DNA from: Botryllus schlosseri
Taxonomy: Eukaryota
Assembly: GCA_051294905.1 (NCBI GenBank)
Contig: CM119372.1
Span: forward strand, 2,606,001 to 2,670,000
DNA length: 64,000 nt
Direction: 5' to 3'
The position numbers and the translations under genes are program-made. Below, one piece after another: positions 26,463-39,302 of the stretch. The notes below the pieces were generated by a model. It did not search any database, was not told where the DNA came from, and saw nothing but the letters and a program-made list of their open reading frames with translations. The number at the start of each line of letters is the position of its first letter. Within the stretch, counting starts at the first letter, position 1.

Positions 26463-27224
26463 ATATTGACCCCTATACGGGCGTAGACCGTTTTAATGGA
26501 AAATAGGTAACCGCCTGAGGAATCTTCGAATTTAAACAAACAAAATTAACATCGTAACTGAGTCACGGATAAGTAGAATCAAAATCATCGTTGGTGATTT
26601 TGATTGTTATCATCCGCTTGAGAAGCACAATGCACAGTGCAATATACAATACACAATGCAATGGAGTGAACAAATAAGCGTATGTCGAAACGAAGAATTA
26701 GAATATCGATCTAACTATTTCAACATCCACCAATGCCCGATGTCACAGTGCTCGTAACTTTCAACTAAAATCAAATTAGCGATTTTCAAGACATGTCCAA
26801 GTGGAAGTGGAAGTAGAAGATGAAGTTCCTAAAAGTGCTCGATTTAGTAGTCTCAAAAAGTAGATTTAATTGCCCATATATTCAATTTTCGAACTATTTA
26901 GTTAACTGCGTGATACGGTCGCCTTTTCTCGTGGTTATAACTGCAGTTCCACTCGCAAAAGTGGCAAAAACCTATTACAAAACAACTCTTTCCAAGTTTA
27001 AAAACCGAAAGTTCAAAATAACTTCGTAATTTGGCTTGGAAACTGTTCAAGTGTAAGGGAAGTAGTCTAAATACATATTCACTTGAGTGTATCGGTACTC
27101 GTAGGCCTACATAGTTACCGATCACATCTGTGTAAGTTGTGGAATGGATTAAATCGAATAGAATGATGTTTAGAGGCAGTTCCATTCTCACACTGAATAG
27201 TTTTATAGGTCTGTGAAAAGAATT

Positions 27225-27460
27225 TCGAAACGACTTGGAGTAGTCTTTGAAATCAGACACCCACCTTCGCCCAGACGATGTAAAGAGGTGGCATGCACAC
27301 GGAATGACCAGTAAAAGAAGATAATGCAAAAGCACAAGGGACAAAATGAGGTGGCAAGTGACAGAAGGCGAGCTCGATATGTCAGGTCGTGGTCCGGTAA
27401 ACTTGAGGGCTGACTATAGCATTTATTCTGTAGAAATTGCTTGTATTTCCACTTGAATGT
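27225..27460. repeat. Unclassified ~240-bp interspersed repeat (copy 1)
   Basis: Colinear with ~40275-40510, e.g. TCGATATGTCAGGTCGTGGT.CGGTAAACT. Confidence 0.75.
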
Positions 27461-28609
27461 GTTAGATACGAATTCTGGCCACATATTTATAAACTTTTAC
27501 TTATTTATACTACTATCACGATCCTAATTACCAATCGGTTTGTCACGTATCGACTATTATATAACAAATTTCGTTGTAATGTGGTTTGGTTATTGTATTC
27601 CAAAGCACAATCTAATGAGATAATTACCATTCTATATACCTGGCATATCATACTGATGATGAAAAAGCTAGATGTTGCTCTACAGTCCAAAGATAAAGTG
27701 AAAATGGGGTGCATTTCTAAGATTTCTCTACATCCAAGCCGCGTGATACGAATGGCGTTGATGACGTCTCTTCATTTTCAAAGTTCCGTATACGAAACGA
27801 CTGTTCGTACCAGCACGATCGCAGGTCATGTCGGTCATGCCATCTTGATTGGATTATTAACGAATTGGTTTTGATTAAATTCTGATCCGACTTAGACGAG
27901 AGGAATTCTGATTAGTTGCCTTGATTACTTGATCAGCCGTGTTGCCAACGTATCATAATCCCGTATATTTAGGGACAAAGATAAGGGCATTACTCGTAAG
28001 CGAAATGTGGGGATTATGGCGATTTCGTGGAAGGTTGATACATGAAAACGATTTGCGACTACCTGGTATCTTACAGGTAACAGTAGTTGCAATATCGGCG
28101 ACTATGTACCGATACGATTGCATCTACTAAGATATGAGATCGAAATCAGTTTTGATGAACAGGATAGTAACGATATCAATCTATCTCCTTCATCTGATAA
28201 GATTACCGAATTGATTAAACATTTTATATTGTAACTAAAAAGCGTTCATAAATTAACCTAGCGTTAAAATGCGTTGTAACGAAATTATGGCGTAAATTCC
28301 CAATTGCTCACGTAACCCGACATAACGATTGAAAACCAGCGATTACGATCGTTTCAGTGCGTGTGAAATTTCAAAGCAATTATAAACAAGTCATTGTTAA
28401 CACGAATATTGATTCGGTGTCGTGTACTACAAGGCACAGATACGTGCTATTTGGTTATGGTGGCCCTGAATGCACTTCCACCGTCTTTTGATTGTTATCA
28501 AATACATTGTCTCTACTTATTAGCCCAAACTAATTTTGCATGTATAGAATTCTTAGCTAAAATCCTATCAAGCAGACATTGAGTCAATTGGAGAATTTTC
28601 AACTTTTCC

Positions 28610-28990
28610 AGATTGGATTAGCCAGGTATTTTTTTACCAAATTATTGACTAGAATTAGAATTATAGCTGCACATTTATTATACATATTACTATTAGAATT
28701 ACTGAATTCGCGAAAACTTGGATGTTGAATGAAGCTCAGTTCATATCTAATAAGAGTTCGTTATCATAAACACGAGAATGACAAATCTCCGTAAAGAAAG
28801 CTTGGTTCGTTTCGCACTATACAGTTGCCCTTGGCATTTACATGAAAACAAGAAATTAGATTAGAATTAAAATTAGAGCATAGAAACATTCCTCAAATTG
28901 CGTCCGATTTAGAATTAGATTAGAGCAACGAAACGAATTAGATTTGAATTAGATTTCCGGCATTTCGCTCCAATTAGTCTAATTGCATAA
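28610..28990. mobile_element. Family G element with ATTAGA/AATTAG arrays
   Basis: Core GG(T/C)TCGTTTCGCACT.TACAGTT recurs at ~36790 (inverted), 41590, 49105 and 52290 (inverted). Confidence 0.7.
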
Positions 28991-29835
28991 ATGAAGAATG
29001 ATCTGATTGTCCACGTCTGCTTGGAAGCGGCCCTCGAAATCGCTTCGTTCACGGAGTTACAAAACAAGAAGTCGCTTGCCAATCAAACTGAACGTCAAAT
29101 CACGCGTTTCGATCGAAATTCGGCTGTGAATAACACAATAATCGCCGCAATTCGAGTATACTCTTTCTTGGAATTCGCGCGGTGTATTTTTCACAAATAT
29201 TTTCGCGATCATTTTAGAACTGGATCATAATAAAAACATATCCAAACGTACGCTAGCTGATAAAGTACACCGGTCTAAATAAGGCATGACGCCATATCAG
29301 ATTCGGTAAATATTGATATCTCCAAACAATGTAGGCAAATCTGATAATATTTGACTGAAATATCTCGCATCACACGCGTACGGACATTCACAACAACAAA
29401 TCGATTTGCGATATACACTTTATAGGCTATAGGTCGCGGGTGGCACACTGGTGACCCGCGCTCCAAACCCGACCCACCAAACTATTCCAAGTGACCCACC
29501 AGAGCATTGCAGTACCTGTGCCAGAGTTCGATCTTCAAGTCAACATTAAGGCAATTTCAAACGAATAAATACTTGCATGCGATTAGGAGTGGTGGATCAA
29601 GTTTAGGACAGATAGACTGCTCATGCCTCGACCACGGGATATCGAATGTGATTGATTGTTATTAGGCCATAGGGGCTGGGAGATAAAACTTTTCAGGCTC
29701 GTTTACACGTTTTTATTGTTTTTCTGTTTTGTTGATTTTTAGTCAGGACGTCACGAATCCTTAATTGTGACGTCAAAATTGAGTGACATCGACAATTGGT
29801 AAAAACGAGACCGTTCCTACCTTTCAGAAATCAGT

Positions 29836-29886
29836 ATGTGTGTGTGTGTGTGTGTGCGCGGCGCGTGTGTGTGTGTGTGTGTGTGT
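29836..29886. repeat. (TG)n microsatellite interrupted by CGCGGCGC
   Basis: Read directly. Confidence 0.9.
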
Positions 29887-31078
29887 GGTCTTGGATATTG
29901 TTGATTTCAAATCCGGTCATGTAACAGCTGAAAGCTGCGGATTGTGCTCCGGTACGTTCACGACGAAAAAATCTCAGAAATATGTCATGGTGTGCCATAC
30001 TATACCTTTTCCCAATGCACGCATCTGAAATATAGGGAGTGGTATTACGTCATATTTGATGATACGATTGTTGATATACAATCTTATGTCCAATTCTCTA
30101 CTAGATGGCAACTAAAGATATTCGGCTTGATTTAAATATGAATATACTATTCAATTGTGTATTGGAGTGGTATTTCACTACATTTCACACTTGATAAAAT
30201 TTACTTGCAGTATTCTCTTCTCCAGCTGTGATTAATTTTCATAATCTCCCATAGATTTCTCTACGATTGCAATAATTTGCTAACGTATACTGTCATTAAC
30301 AACAGTCGATTCACATTCTAATTTGCCATCAACGTAACCGCTGTTAATGTCGTATCGCCACGGCCAAAGCTCTAACATCATAAGCCAGTGATAACGATTG
30401 CAAACCATTCCCGTGGTTGCCACTTCGGTACAATTTCAGTACACTTAGGTGCACCAAGTTAGCATAGTGAAGCTACTATAGGCTACTTGTTGTAGCTCCT
30501 TCCGGACCATTCTGCAGCATTTGTGATAGATTTATAGCTCATCTGACAACGCCTTGTACAGAATGTACACGTGTTCATCTCATAGTTTAGAGTTGTAGTA
30601 TATTTCGATTGTGTGACAGATTCGTTCTGTACAGACGTCAGCTCTTCGTTTCAAATGTCATCGCGGCAGTACGCATGGTTAAAGGACCACAACCGATTCA
30701 TTGTTACTTGCTGCAATATATATACATATTTACACCTTTTAGTTACGGTACAGGGTCTTATACGCCCGCAAAACATATCCCTCGGTTGACAGAACGCGCG
30801 CATGACACCCGGCATGCATAAGAGAGAGATCTCACCGTTGTAGAAGGTGATGGAAGGAAGCGATAATCTACCACAAGCAACATGATCTGTCAATCACAAA
30901 TCATTGCGGTAGCGGGCCGGGACAAAGGCGGTTTTCACGGAAATAGAGTTCGTGACATTAACTTGGAATTACGCAATACGGAAAATCAATTCATCACGAT
31001 CTCCTATACAGGTTCGGAAGGCGAACCTTGATATTTTCAAGGTACGATTTTCCAAACGGACCTTGCAAGGTTCTACAG

Positions 31079-32175
31079 AAGTGGTCGGGAACCTATGGCT
31101 CGCGAGCCATGTATGGCTCTTTTCGGTATAAGATATGGCTTTTTGAGAAATTTTTGATTTTGAACTTAATTTATCAATATTGCAGCAACTTGTTAGTAGA
31201 TTTTCATGACAGCGATAATAATTATTCTCGTGGCTGCATAAAATGTCTTTGAGAGGTCAAGACAGTTGGGTATCCAGGGTTCTAGGCTCGCACCGCTCTC
31301 TTTTTAAAATCCTCAAATTCAAGTTGCTGTCGCACCGGCGCCACCACCCGCGATTTCGATCTACCCACCAGCGCGCGCCTAGAAATCTTGGATTGCACGA
31401 TACCTTGATTGACGAAAGAGAATAGTTGACATGGCGACACTTGTAGGACAATGTAGTTTTGAGATACACATTTTCTTCTTGATCCACGCCAAGAAATAAA
31501 ATGCCTTGAAAATGACATTCACAATTACAAATTCAAATTAAAAACAACGCCATAGCTATCCATTTTCTTCATCGGTTAGTAGATTTAGCACCGCCGTAAA
31601 AATGTTGGTGTATAACGTAACGTTACGCCGAATGTTTTAGAAGTCAATCAATACTTAGATGTTCAGAATCATCGCGGCAACTACATTTGATTAATATCAG
31701 TGATTCTAAATTCTACGCGATTTACGATGAGTTGGGGTGTCACAAGTGAGGCTTGGCCCGTTTGTGCCTCATCAGAGACTCACCTCTCTTTTCGCTCTTT
31801 ATTTTCGAACAATAAATATGAAAATTCCGTGATTTTGGGAATAAAATGTTCGAAATCTACTCATTCATAAACATCGATAGAAGATACCAATAACCATTAA
31901 ACGGTTCACAAATTTCCTTCACTCATCTCTGACGACAAGTGAGGAACTGCCTCACCTGCCTTCCTTAACCCCACGCCACTGACGTATCCCACGGTAGTTA
32001 TGTACTGCTGTAGTGACCGTGTTTGGCTCCACCTACCAATGTGGGGGCGGAAATATATGGCGCACACTACGAATCCCTTATATTAGTGCTACCAATACGT
32101 CACGGATGTACAATTGTGACGTAACGGTAGATTGACATGTACGGCTCTTCGGTCGAAGAAGGTTCCCGACCACTG
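31079..32175. mobile_element. Family A MITE (diverged copy)
   Basis: AAGTGGTCGGGAACCT...AGGTTCCCGACCACTG; TSD TTCTACAG/TTCTACGG. Confidence 0.88.
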
Positions 32176-32180
32176 TTCTA

Positions 32181-32761
32181 CGGGGTTGTAATGACCCGAA
32201 TTATATTTTAAATATGGAAAATAGCTCGAGTTGACTTGAGTCAATTCGTTCATGGCGCATGACTCGATCCAGACATATGACTCAAGACTCGTAATCAAGA
32301 CGGCATTTATTTGTAACTCCTAAGAATAGGAAAGTTACCACATTTCTGGTATTTCGTCTATCAGCAATGGTACTTGAAAAATAGGGCCCGAAATTGTTAA
32401 GAAGAAGGTAAATTGCTATATTTTGATTTTTTGGTTGCTGTCACACCTTATTTAACATTCACTCGCAAAGTAATAATTTTATTTGTAAATTTATGAATAT
32501 TTATGAATGCGATTCGGTAATAACCAAGCAGTGTTATAAAAAAGTGGGCTGAACATGACTCGAACTCGCAACAGAACAGTGAACACAAGGACCTGCGGAC
32601 TTGGAATTGAGTATCAACACTAAGACCTGGAAACGACGCTCTGCTACCCGACTTGGACTCGGACGCGGACTCGGTCGAGAATTGAAAAAAACACGACTTG
32701 ACTGGAGTCAAAACCTAGATTTACTTATAACTCAGAACCTTGTGACTTGGTTACAAGCCTG
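32181..32761. mobile_element. Degenerate MITE with GACTCG/GACTTG arrays
   Basis: Termini CGGGGTTGTAA / TTACAAGCCTG; subterminal motifs like those of family I. Confidence 0.5.
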
Positions 32762-32859
32762 GGTTCTCCACTGTGGACATTTCTGCCGAATAACTGAATT
32801 CTATAGTTAGATGTATGGTCAAATGTACTTGAATTACAATGTCGGCAAGATAATGCAAT

Positions 32860-33120
32860 GTGGCGAGATAGCGTAGCGGTATGATACACGGCTGCAACAC
32901 CAATGGATTGCGGATTCGAGTCCGACCGAGGTCGACTACAGAATTCCCACCTAAATGTTGTAGGTTTATCAGGCACCTCATCGCCATCTCATCCGCGCAG
33001 GCGGTGTCTTAGAAAGCCTGGAAGTGAGCCGTACGTCGGCAGATACAGAATCATAATAAAGACAATCGGCCTGGTTTCAATGAACATTGCAATCGACACA
33101 CACCATGAATAGCACAAACG
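32860..33120 (+). mobile_element. tRNA-derived SINE family S2
   Basis: Head GGCGAGATAGCGTAGCGG...GATTCGAGTCC, then GACCGAGGTCGACT; copy at 58089; related 3' parts at ~44140-44270 and ~48670-48803. Confidence 0.78.
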
Positions 33121-33221
33121 AACAGCTCCCTAAATCACGACGGAAGCAGAAAAGGAAGTCTAGCACAAAACGAGTCGAAATATTAACTTGATTCTCGGTA
33201 ATTATGCCTGAAATATCCAAC

Positions 33222-33402
33222 CTTGCTGGCGGACTTGCCTCCGTCGCCGCTATCTGATTGGTCGGGAGTCTGACCAGGGCGAGATCATAAGCTTCTATGC
33301 ACGAGTTCTGGCGGACGTCTGCCGTTCCGGATTCAACCACAATTTAATTTGCATGCTCCAGTGCCAGATTGCTCCTGTGCTGGACTAATCCTCAGTGCAG
33401 TC
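33222..33402 (-). pseudogene. Possible decayed trypsin-like (S1) serine protease exon
   Basis: AG...GT-bounded segment reading LH*GLVQHRSNLALEHAN*IVVESGTADVRQNSCIEAYDLALVRLPTNQIAATEASPPAR, similar to the DIALLxL...PxCL catalytic-Asp region. Two stops. Confidence 0.3.
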
Positions 33403-33484
33403 CTACATTAGTGAATGCAAACACGCGTATATGTAGCCTTGATTCCCACTCTGGATGTATTTGAATTTCAGCAACACTTTTCGG

Positions 33485-34230
33485 TAGGGCTTGGCACAAC
33501 GATGTAAGTACTAGAATATAGAGTCTTAATTATGATTCAAGTACTGTAAAGTAGTGAGAGATGATTCTTCCGAGTACTGAGAATGTACGATGCTTGCCAT
33601 CAGTGAGAGTGAAATTGGGATAAAGAATTATAGTTTTGATATCATATTGCACTGTGGAAGGCTGTGAACCTCGGTTAGTGGTCTCGTAGCACATGACGCA
33701 TGACCGAGCGAGATAGTGTAATGGTTATGCGTCCGGCTTCTCGAGCGGTAGGTCGTGGGTTCGATCCCCGGCCGGGTCATACCAAAGACTCGAAAAATGG
33801 TATCCGCAGCTATCCTGCTAGGCGCTCAGCAATCACGGATAGCATGGAGGAGAAAAAAAACGGGGGCGCAGACTAGATGACCTCATGGGGCCGTATCGCA
33901 ACTCCGTCGCCAAAGCATCTCGATGGTGCAGGCGAGAAAGAATATCATATCTCTCTCTCTCTCTCAGTACAAAGCTTGACATTACTGTGAAGTGTGAAGT
34001 CACAGCGTTGTCACATAGCGCAATGAAATAGGTATGGTCGAAAGTATACCAAATAATCGTTAAAGTGATGTTATTCGTGGTAGCAAAAGAGGTGCTTATT
34101 TGATCTTCCTACTTCCTATATCTTTCATCTGCAGTGACGTCATAGTAAGTGATACTCTAATATTCGTCCCGAGTAGACGCCTCATACTCGAATCAGGATC
34201 GAATAACTCAGATACTGGATTTTGTCTAGC
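33485..34230. mobile_element. Degenerate family F copy (reverse) hosting an S1 SINE
   Basis: Starts TAGGGCTTGGCACAA; contains GCAATGAAATAGGTATGGTCGAAA as in other F copies. Confidence 0.7.
33703..33965 (+). mobile_element. SINE family S1 (full length)
   Basis: A and B boxes, core and (CT)n tail; highly similar to 7617-7867. Confidence 0.9.
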
Positions 34231-34505
34231 TCTTGTCATCATGCGGACATTTCGATCACGCGTGACACCTTCAGAATGATACCAAGCGTACTAGTCTATA
34301 GACCACCACTCCGAAATATCTTGTACATAGAGAGGCGCAGAGGAAGGCCAATAGCGATTTGGTCTCGAATTCGCATCGTGACGTCGTTGATGATCGATAT
34401 GATTTCTTTGGAGATTTTAACCCAATTGTATTGTTCAGCATGTTATTTGTTTTGCGCCACGCTCAGGATGGTTCACTATCAAGCAAGAGGAAGACGCACT
34501 ATATA

Positions 34506-35712
34506 TAGGTTTGCCATACGTCCTCTTTTAAAAGGATTGGCTTCTTTTTTCAATAAATTGAAAGTGTCTTAGGAGGACGCCTAAATGTCCTCTTTTTGAA
34601 TTTGTCCTCTTTTCCTAGAAAAAGTATTAAAATGCGATCAAAAACTCGACTCCGACGCAGCGAACGACAGAGTTTTGGCAAGACAGTCGACGAAAAACAC
34701 GAAGCGACGGGTATTTTAGGAGTAGAGATGGGAAAGATGACCTTTTCTGTGCTATTGGTCAGGATTTTTTTTAAATCACCAGTTTTTTTATGGTCCTACA
34801 GCAGGAGTGTCAAACATACGGCCCGCGAAGCAATTATGAGTGGATTGAAAAAGTCTCGTACTATCGAGCACATTTGTACCAGATGTTCAGCTTTTTTGTA
34901 GGAAATACTTTCATTAAATATTCCCTCAAGAAAGAAAATGTCGAGCATGTTCAATGTTCATATAGGCCACATTATAACTGCCCGACTACGGCGTTGTGGT
35001 TTCACTCTCTCTAATTCGAGAATGCAAAAAGTGCACACAGAGTTCAGAGTTTTATGGGAAAATGGACCAAAAAGTAGCTATTCGCAAAAACGCCAACGCG
35101 GAACCGTTATATGCAGTCTACATGAAAAATATAGGTACGCAAATATACACAATCGCACTGTTGTGTCGCTTTCAACCCAATAGGCCCCGGACTTATAAGA
35201 GAAACTCGACTCGCGATTTAATAATAATAATCTAAATTCCAACGTCCGCGTTTAGACGCAGTGTGCAGTGCTAAGGCCTGTTTGCGACTAAAGCAAAGGA
35301 AGCACAGGAATATCCTAACTTGTATCGTCGTTAGCGCCACTGTTTTATCAGTTCTTAAGTCTAACTGTGCATAACTGTACAGCTCAGTGATTCTACCGGA
35401 CAATCATCGTATTTTTGCCAATTCCATTATTCGCGAATAAAGGTGTTGTCACTTGCTAGAATAAGGCTCCTATGATCCGTGTATTTATCTCCGTGTAATT
35501 ATCTATGTGTGTTTGATAATAAAACATTCATTCAAATGAAAAGTAAGGAAGCGAGGTAACATTTTGGAATCAGTTGACTGGTCCGACCCGCGAGCGATTT
35601 TAAGGCTTGAATCCGGCCCGCGGCGCAATTTGAGTTTAACACCCGTGTCTTGGAGATTTCAGAATTTTTGAAAAGTTTCCTCTTTTGCGGATCTCAAAAT
35701 ATGGTAACTCTA
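34506..35712. mobile_element. Family K MITE hosting a Charlie-like MITE
   Basis: TAGGTTTGCCATA / TATGGTAACTCTA; perfect TSD ACTATATA. Confidence 0.85.
34802..35647. mobile_element. Charlie-like hAT MITE nested in K
   Basis: CAGGAGTGTCAAAC..CGGCCCGCG / CGGCCCGCG..GTTTAACACCCGTG; decayed TSD TCCTACAG/TCTTGGAG. Confidence 0.7.
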
Positions 35713-36689
35713 ACTATATATCTCGAGAAGCTTTAAGCTCAACGCAGGATATTATAAATAAACTGTGATGGTTAAACGATGGAAGGACACAAGATGTGAA
35801 GTCCTAAATTTTTTTTCAATGCACTTCCTTCAATCTTTGGTGTATGTTTCCTATCATCAGATTATGTCCTTGCAGATTTCAACACTCAAACATCATCAGC
35901 TTCATCATTTTCGAACATGTTCGTGACTTATATGCTTGAACCAATGGCGCCCTAGCGAGATATGAATCTATACGTCGCCATATCTGTTTCTACAATCCAG
36001 TTAATATTTGCCAGGAGTTTAGCCCATAGAAAACGTGCCCTGCCTTTCAGATTTCATCCGCCATATATTAAAATTAATGAATATCTTGTCATAATTAAAC
36101 CACACATCTATAATCTTTAATGATGGAGTCATACAGCTATCCTAAACTGTGATTTCCAAGCACTCCGTCTACGGTAATCATAAAATGCTGTGTATTATCA
36201 GTTACTATACGTATGTGTGCAATGACTCGCGGAACTACCATAATCTCTTATTGAAACGAAATCCATTAGCGATCACAACTTAACGCCAGTGTTCTGCAAT
36301 GTAATTACATATTCGAAAGTACAACAATATTCATCAACAATCAGAAACCAATGTGCTGATGGCGTAGACATTGTGACTGCAATCATCTAAAACGATAAAG
36401 AGGTGTTATTTTTGCATACGCTTCTTGATCCTGACCCGAAGTGTGCGGCGATTCGTATCTGCCTCGCGAGCACTGATAACATAACCAATATGACATGTTT
36501 ACACATCATTTGCGCGAGAATAAAATTATCTAACAGTCACGCAATACCCAAGACAATGAGAAACCAAAAAAAGGGAAGAAGACTCCCGGTGTGTATATAT
36601 ATCCAGGATATTCTTTGAAACTACATACAGCATCTAGTCAATGGATAGATGAAAATGCTACACAAGAGCTAACTTGGACATTCTATGTG

Positions 36690-37040
36690 TCTAGTTAGGG
36701 CGAAATGCCAGTAATCTAATTTGTGAAAAGCTATAAGTATATACTCTAATTTTATTTGTAATCTAATTTCTGGTCTTCCTGAAAATGCTACGGGAAACTG
36801 TAAAACACGAAACGAGCCAAGCTCTGTGTACGGACATTTTCCGTTCTCATGCTCACAAGAATGGACTCTTGTTTTGATACGAACAGAACTTGATTTTTGT
36901 TGTATGTCTTTCTAATTACGACATTAATTCAATTTCCAAGTTTTTGCGAATCCAGTAATTCTGATTCTTATCAAATTGGAAAAATTGTGTAACTATAATT
37001 CTAATCGTAATCTAATTTGGAAAAGCGGGAAATGTTCCAG
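36690..37040. mobile_element. Family G element (reverse), ~200 bp upstream of the lipocalin-2 ATG
   Basis: TCTAAT arrays and core GAAACGAGCCAAGCT. Confidence 0.65.
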
Positions 37041-37248
37041 TCCAAAAATTTAATCGGGAGTGTGACTGCTTTTCAATGAGCATAATCTTACGTACGTGGA
37101 GTGCATGGAAAATGCATATCCTCGAACTGACGATTTCGTAATATATGACAATGATACTGTTTATAATTACGCTAAATGGCTGTGACGAGACGCTGTTGCA
37201 TTCTGAATTTCAGAGTTGTTTTGTTTACGAACTACCTTTCCGAAGAAT

Positions 37249-39302
37249 ATGAATTTTATAGTACATTGTGCCGTCTTGGCGCTCTTGGTAGCTCTTTCTG
37301 GCTCGGCAACAATCAAAAGCAACTGTAGACGGAACCTACCGCAAGCAGATATCGATTGGACTAAGGTAACAACCCATTGTACTATAAAATGCTTTATTCC
37401 GAGTCGAAACAAACTCCAGTAAGCTTGCAGCGCTCACATTAACAATGCATTGCTTCTGTGCGTCTATGTCACCAGTTCATATTTGCTTTATGCTAGTCAG
37501 AAATCAAATCATATCAATCAAGCATTTTATTATTATCAGATGACGTATAATGGAAACATTTACAATTCCACGTCCCGTGTATTTACCTACATCACGACTT
37601 AGTTGATGCGATTAGACAATCTATCCCTAATGGATTGAGAATGCAGCGTTTTGTGTGCGGTTTTGCAGTTGCAAGGAGCTTGGTATCATTTGCTGTACTT
37701 GCCGGCCTCGAGAACATTTGTGAGCTGCAGGAAAATGGAATTATCTTATGCCAACCCCGGGAAAAAAGTTCTAAAATTCGTATTTTCAAATATAGGGTGA
37801 GTAACTTTGTATGTTTAAAAGAAACACTGGCGCTTTAGTATGTGAGGTTGCAATGATAGCTAAATTTGTTGCAAGTGACCTGGACCATGCTTTAATGCTA
37901 TAAATTTATTCGACAATGCTTATTCCAGATACGGCGCAGAATCGGCGACATATCTATCGACGAAATTACGATTCGTATGGTCGGAAGAACCGGGACTAAT
38001 TCATCAAGTCTTTAAAAGTAAGTATTGAGTTTAAAGCCACAGAGATGTTATAAGATATTCTGAGGATTCTAGAACACAGTTTTTCATTTCATTCGATATA
38101 ATAATCACGAATTTGAACTCGCATGGCCTTTTTATTAAAAGCATAGATCTGACATGCGAGGAAATTCATTGTTTGTGATCCTAATGTGGCCATACTGACT
38201 TATCGCCAAGTATTCCTGATTTACTTCCGTATAATTCGTGTTTCTTGTGTCGACTTCACGCACTCAGATCTGGAATAGACGAATAGAACTTATAAATCTT
38301 TTAACCATCTCTGTGTCATATCAAACGATGTTCAGCGCTGTTTAGCAACAGAAAATCTCATAGGTTTTTATTGACATGCGTTCTTTGTTTGGTAGATGGA
38401 TTTAAAAAGAAAATGACAGGTTCGAAAACGCCGGTATTTCAAACAGGTAAAATATTTCTATGTTGCGTTTAGTCGGGTATCGACAGCTATGACAATGGTT
38501 CTGTTCTTCGTTTACACAGATTATTCAATTTCCCGTACGCTCGGATCGACGGATTACACGAACTTCATGATATTGCTTCAATGCAAGAAAGGTGAATTAT
38601 CTGTAAATATGTCAATATGATCTAGTTTTCGTTTCCATGATCGACACAAAGCTTGCAGGCTCAATCTCCTGTGAATGGCTTCGTTTCGAAAGTGGTTACC
38701 TTAATACTGTTGATATAGGAGCAAGCTGTCGTACCATGTGCGGATTATAGTCCGGTAGAAATGCAGCCCGACATAGTTATGTGATTCACGTAGCCAATCG
38801 CTTGGTATACCCGGGAACATGTCACGTATAGCTTGCCATTAATCAAATATATATACGTTAATATATGACGCACCTCCTAACTCTGTGATCTGTTGCTGTT
38901 AGAATAATGTCTCGCGACGTAACCACGAATAATGGTATAGCAACATGAATAACAATACTATTACCGCATGAAGGTAAAGACAATGCTGGGATTCCTATCA
39001 TATGCGATGCATCATTCATGTCATGACTTTTCATTGATTATAGTGAACTGTAAATAATTATTATCGCTAATTACCCATTGTGACTAATGACACTTAGTAT
39101 AACCTAGGCGTGTTAGATTTAACTGTAGACGAATTACTAATTCGAATTTCTTGCCTTCAACAATACAGATGACCGTACAGCGTCGATTTCGCTTCGGGAC
39201 ACAGACATCTCTGAGAATTTGATGGACCATTTACGCACAAAAATGTCGGAATACGGATTTCCTATTGATGATATCAAGTTGAGCAACGTCACTTGTTCCT
39301 AA
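37249..39302 (+). CDS. Secreted lipocalin (ApoD/Lazarillo-like Cys pattern), gene 2; join(37249-37365,37669-37796,37929-38017,38396-38446,38520-38591,39169-39302), 196 aa
   Basis: All five introns are GT-AG and the frame is open: MNFIVHCAVLALLVALSGSATIKSNCRRNLPQADIDWTK|LQGAWYHLLYLPASRTFVSCRKMELSYANPGKKVLKFVFSNIG|YGAESATYLSTKLRFVWSEEPGLIHQVFK|NGFKKKMTGSKTPVFQT|DYSISRTLGSTDYTNFMILLQCKK|DDRTASISLRDTDISENLMDHLRTKMSEYGFPIDDIKLSNVTCS*. Signal peptide, GxWY (SCR1), TDY (SCR2), SLR (SCR3-like). AATAAA at 39432. Confidence 0.9.

Noticed and set aside
26898..27874. 145-148 aa ORFs as genes
   Set aside because: They start at non-ATG codons, overlap an interspersed repeat whose other copy does not keep the frame, and show no recognisable domain.
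33703..33780. SINE heads as tRNA genes
   Set aside because: No acceptor-stem closure or T-run terminator; they continue into a shared body and simple-repeat tail in several copies.
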